This document shows positions 63,897 through 64,000 of a stretch of 64,000 bases of DNA, in pieces (the first letter of the stretch is position 1; the number at the start of each line of letters is the position of its first letter). Origin of the DNA: Eledone cirrhosa (Eukaryota); assembly GCA_964016885.1 (NCBI GenBank), contig OZ024745.1, positions 3,100,001-3,164,000 of the forward strand. Direction: 5' to 3'. The notes under the pieces are model-generated. The model had not been told where the DNA came from. It ran no database searches and worked only from the letters and a program-made list of their open reading frames with translations. Position numbers and translations under genes: made by a program.

Positions 63897-64000
63897 TAAT
63901 AATTGTTTCTACGTTAGGCACAAGGCCAGCAAATACTCAGTGCATTACTGGTACTTTATTTTATCAACCCCGTAATGATGAAAGGCAAAGTCAACCTCGG
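63897..64000 (-). mobile_element. SINE fragment, truncated by window end
   Basis: Near-identical to 32759-32871. Confidence 0.85.

Overview
This is AT-rich, repeat-dominated eukaryotic (animal) DNA. The interspersed SINE types match what I recall of the abundant octopus SINE families, so an octopod cephalopod origin is inferred but unverified. Bases 1-~27860 are one head-to-tail 52-bp satellite array (~535 monomers) with nested higher-order duplications. The array is followed by a decayed RTE-type LINE, a LINE 3' end carrying three C2H2 fingers next to elements sharing its tail, many SINEs and long (TA)n/(TG)n microsatellites. A CpG-richer promoter-like region lies at ~40.2-42.1 kb. Five unrelated minisatellites (32-47 bp units, most with an internal hairpin) follow, then two MITE-like elements and a cluster of long inverted repeats at 61-62.7 kb. 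No intact protein-coding gene can be supported, and nearly all ORFs in the track are repeat or low-complexity artefacts. I found no clearly new biological system. The best leads are the double fold-back region, the hairpin-cored minisatellites and the SINE/LINE shared-tail trio.
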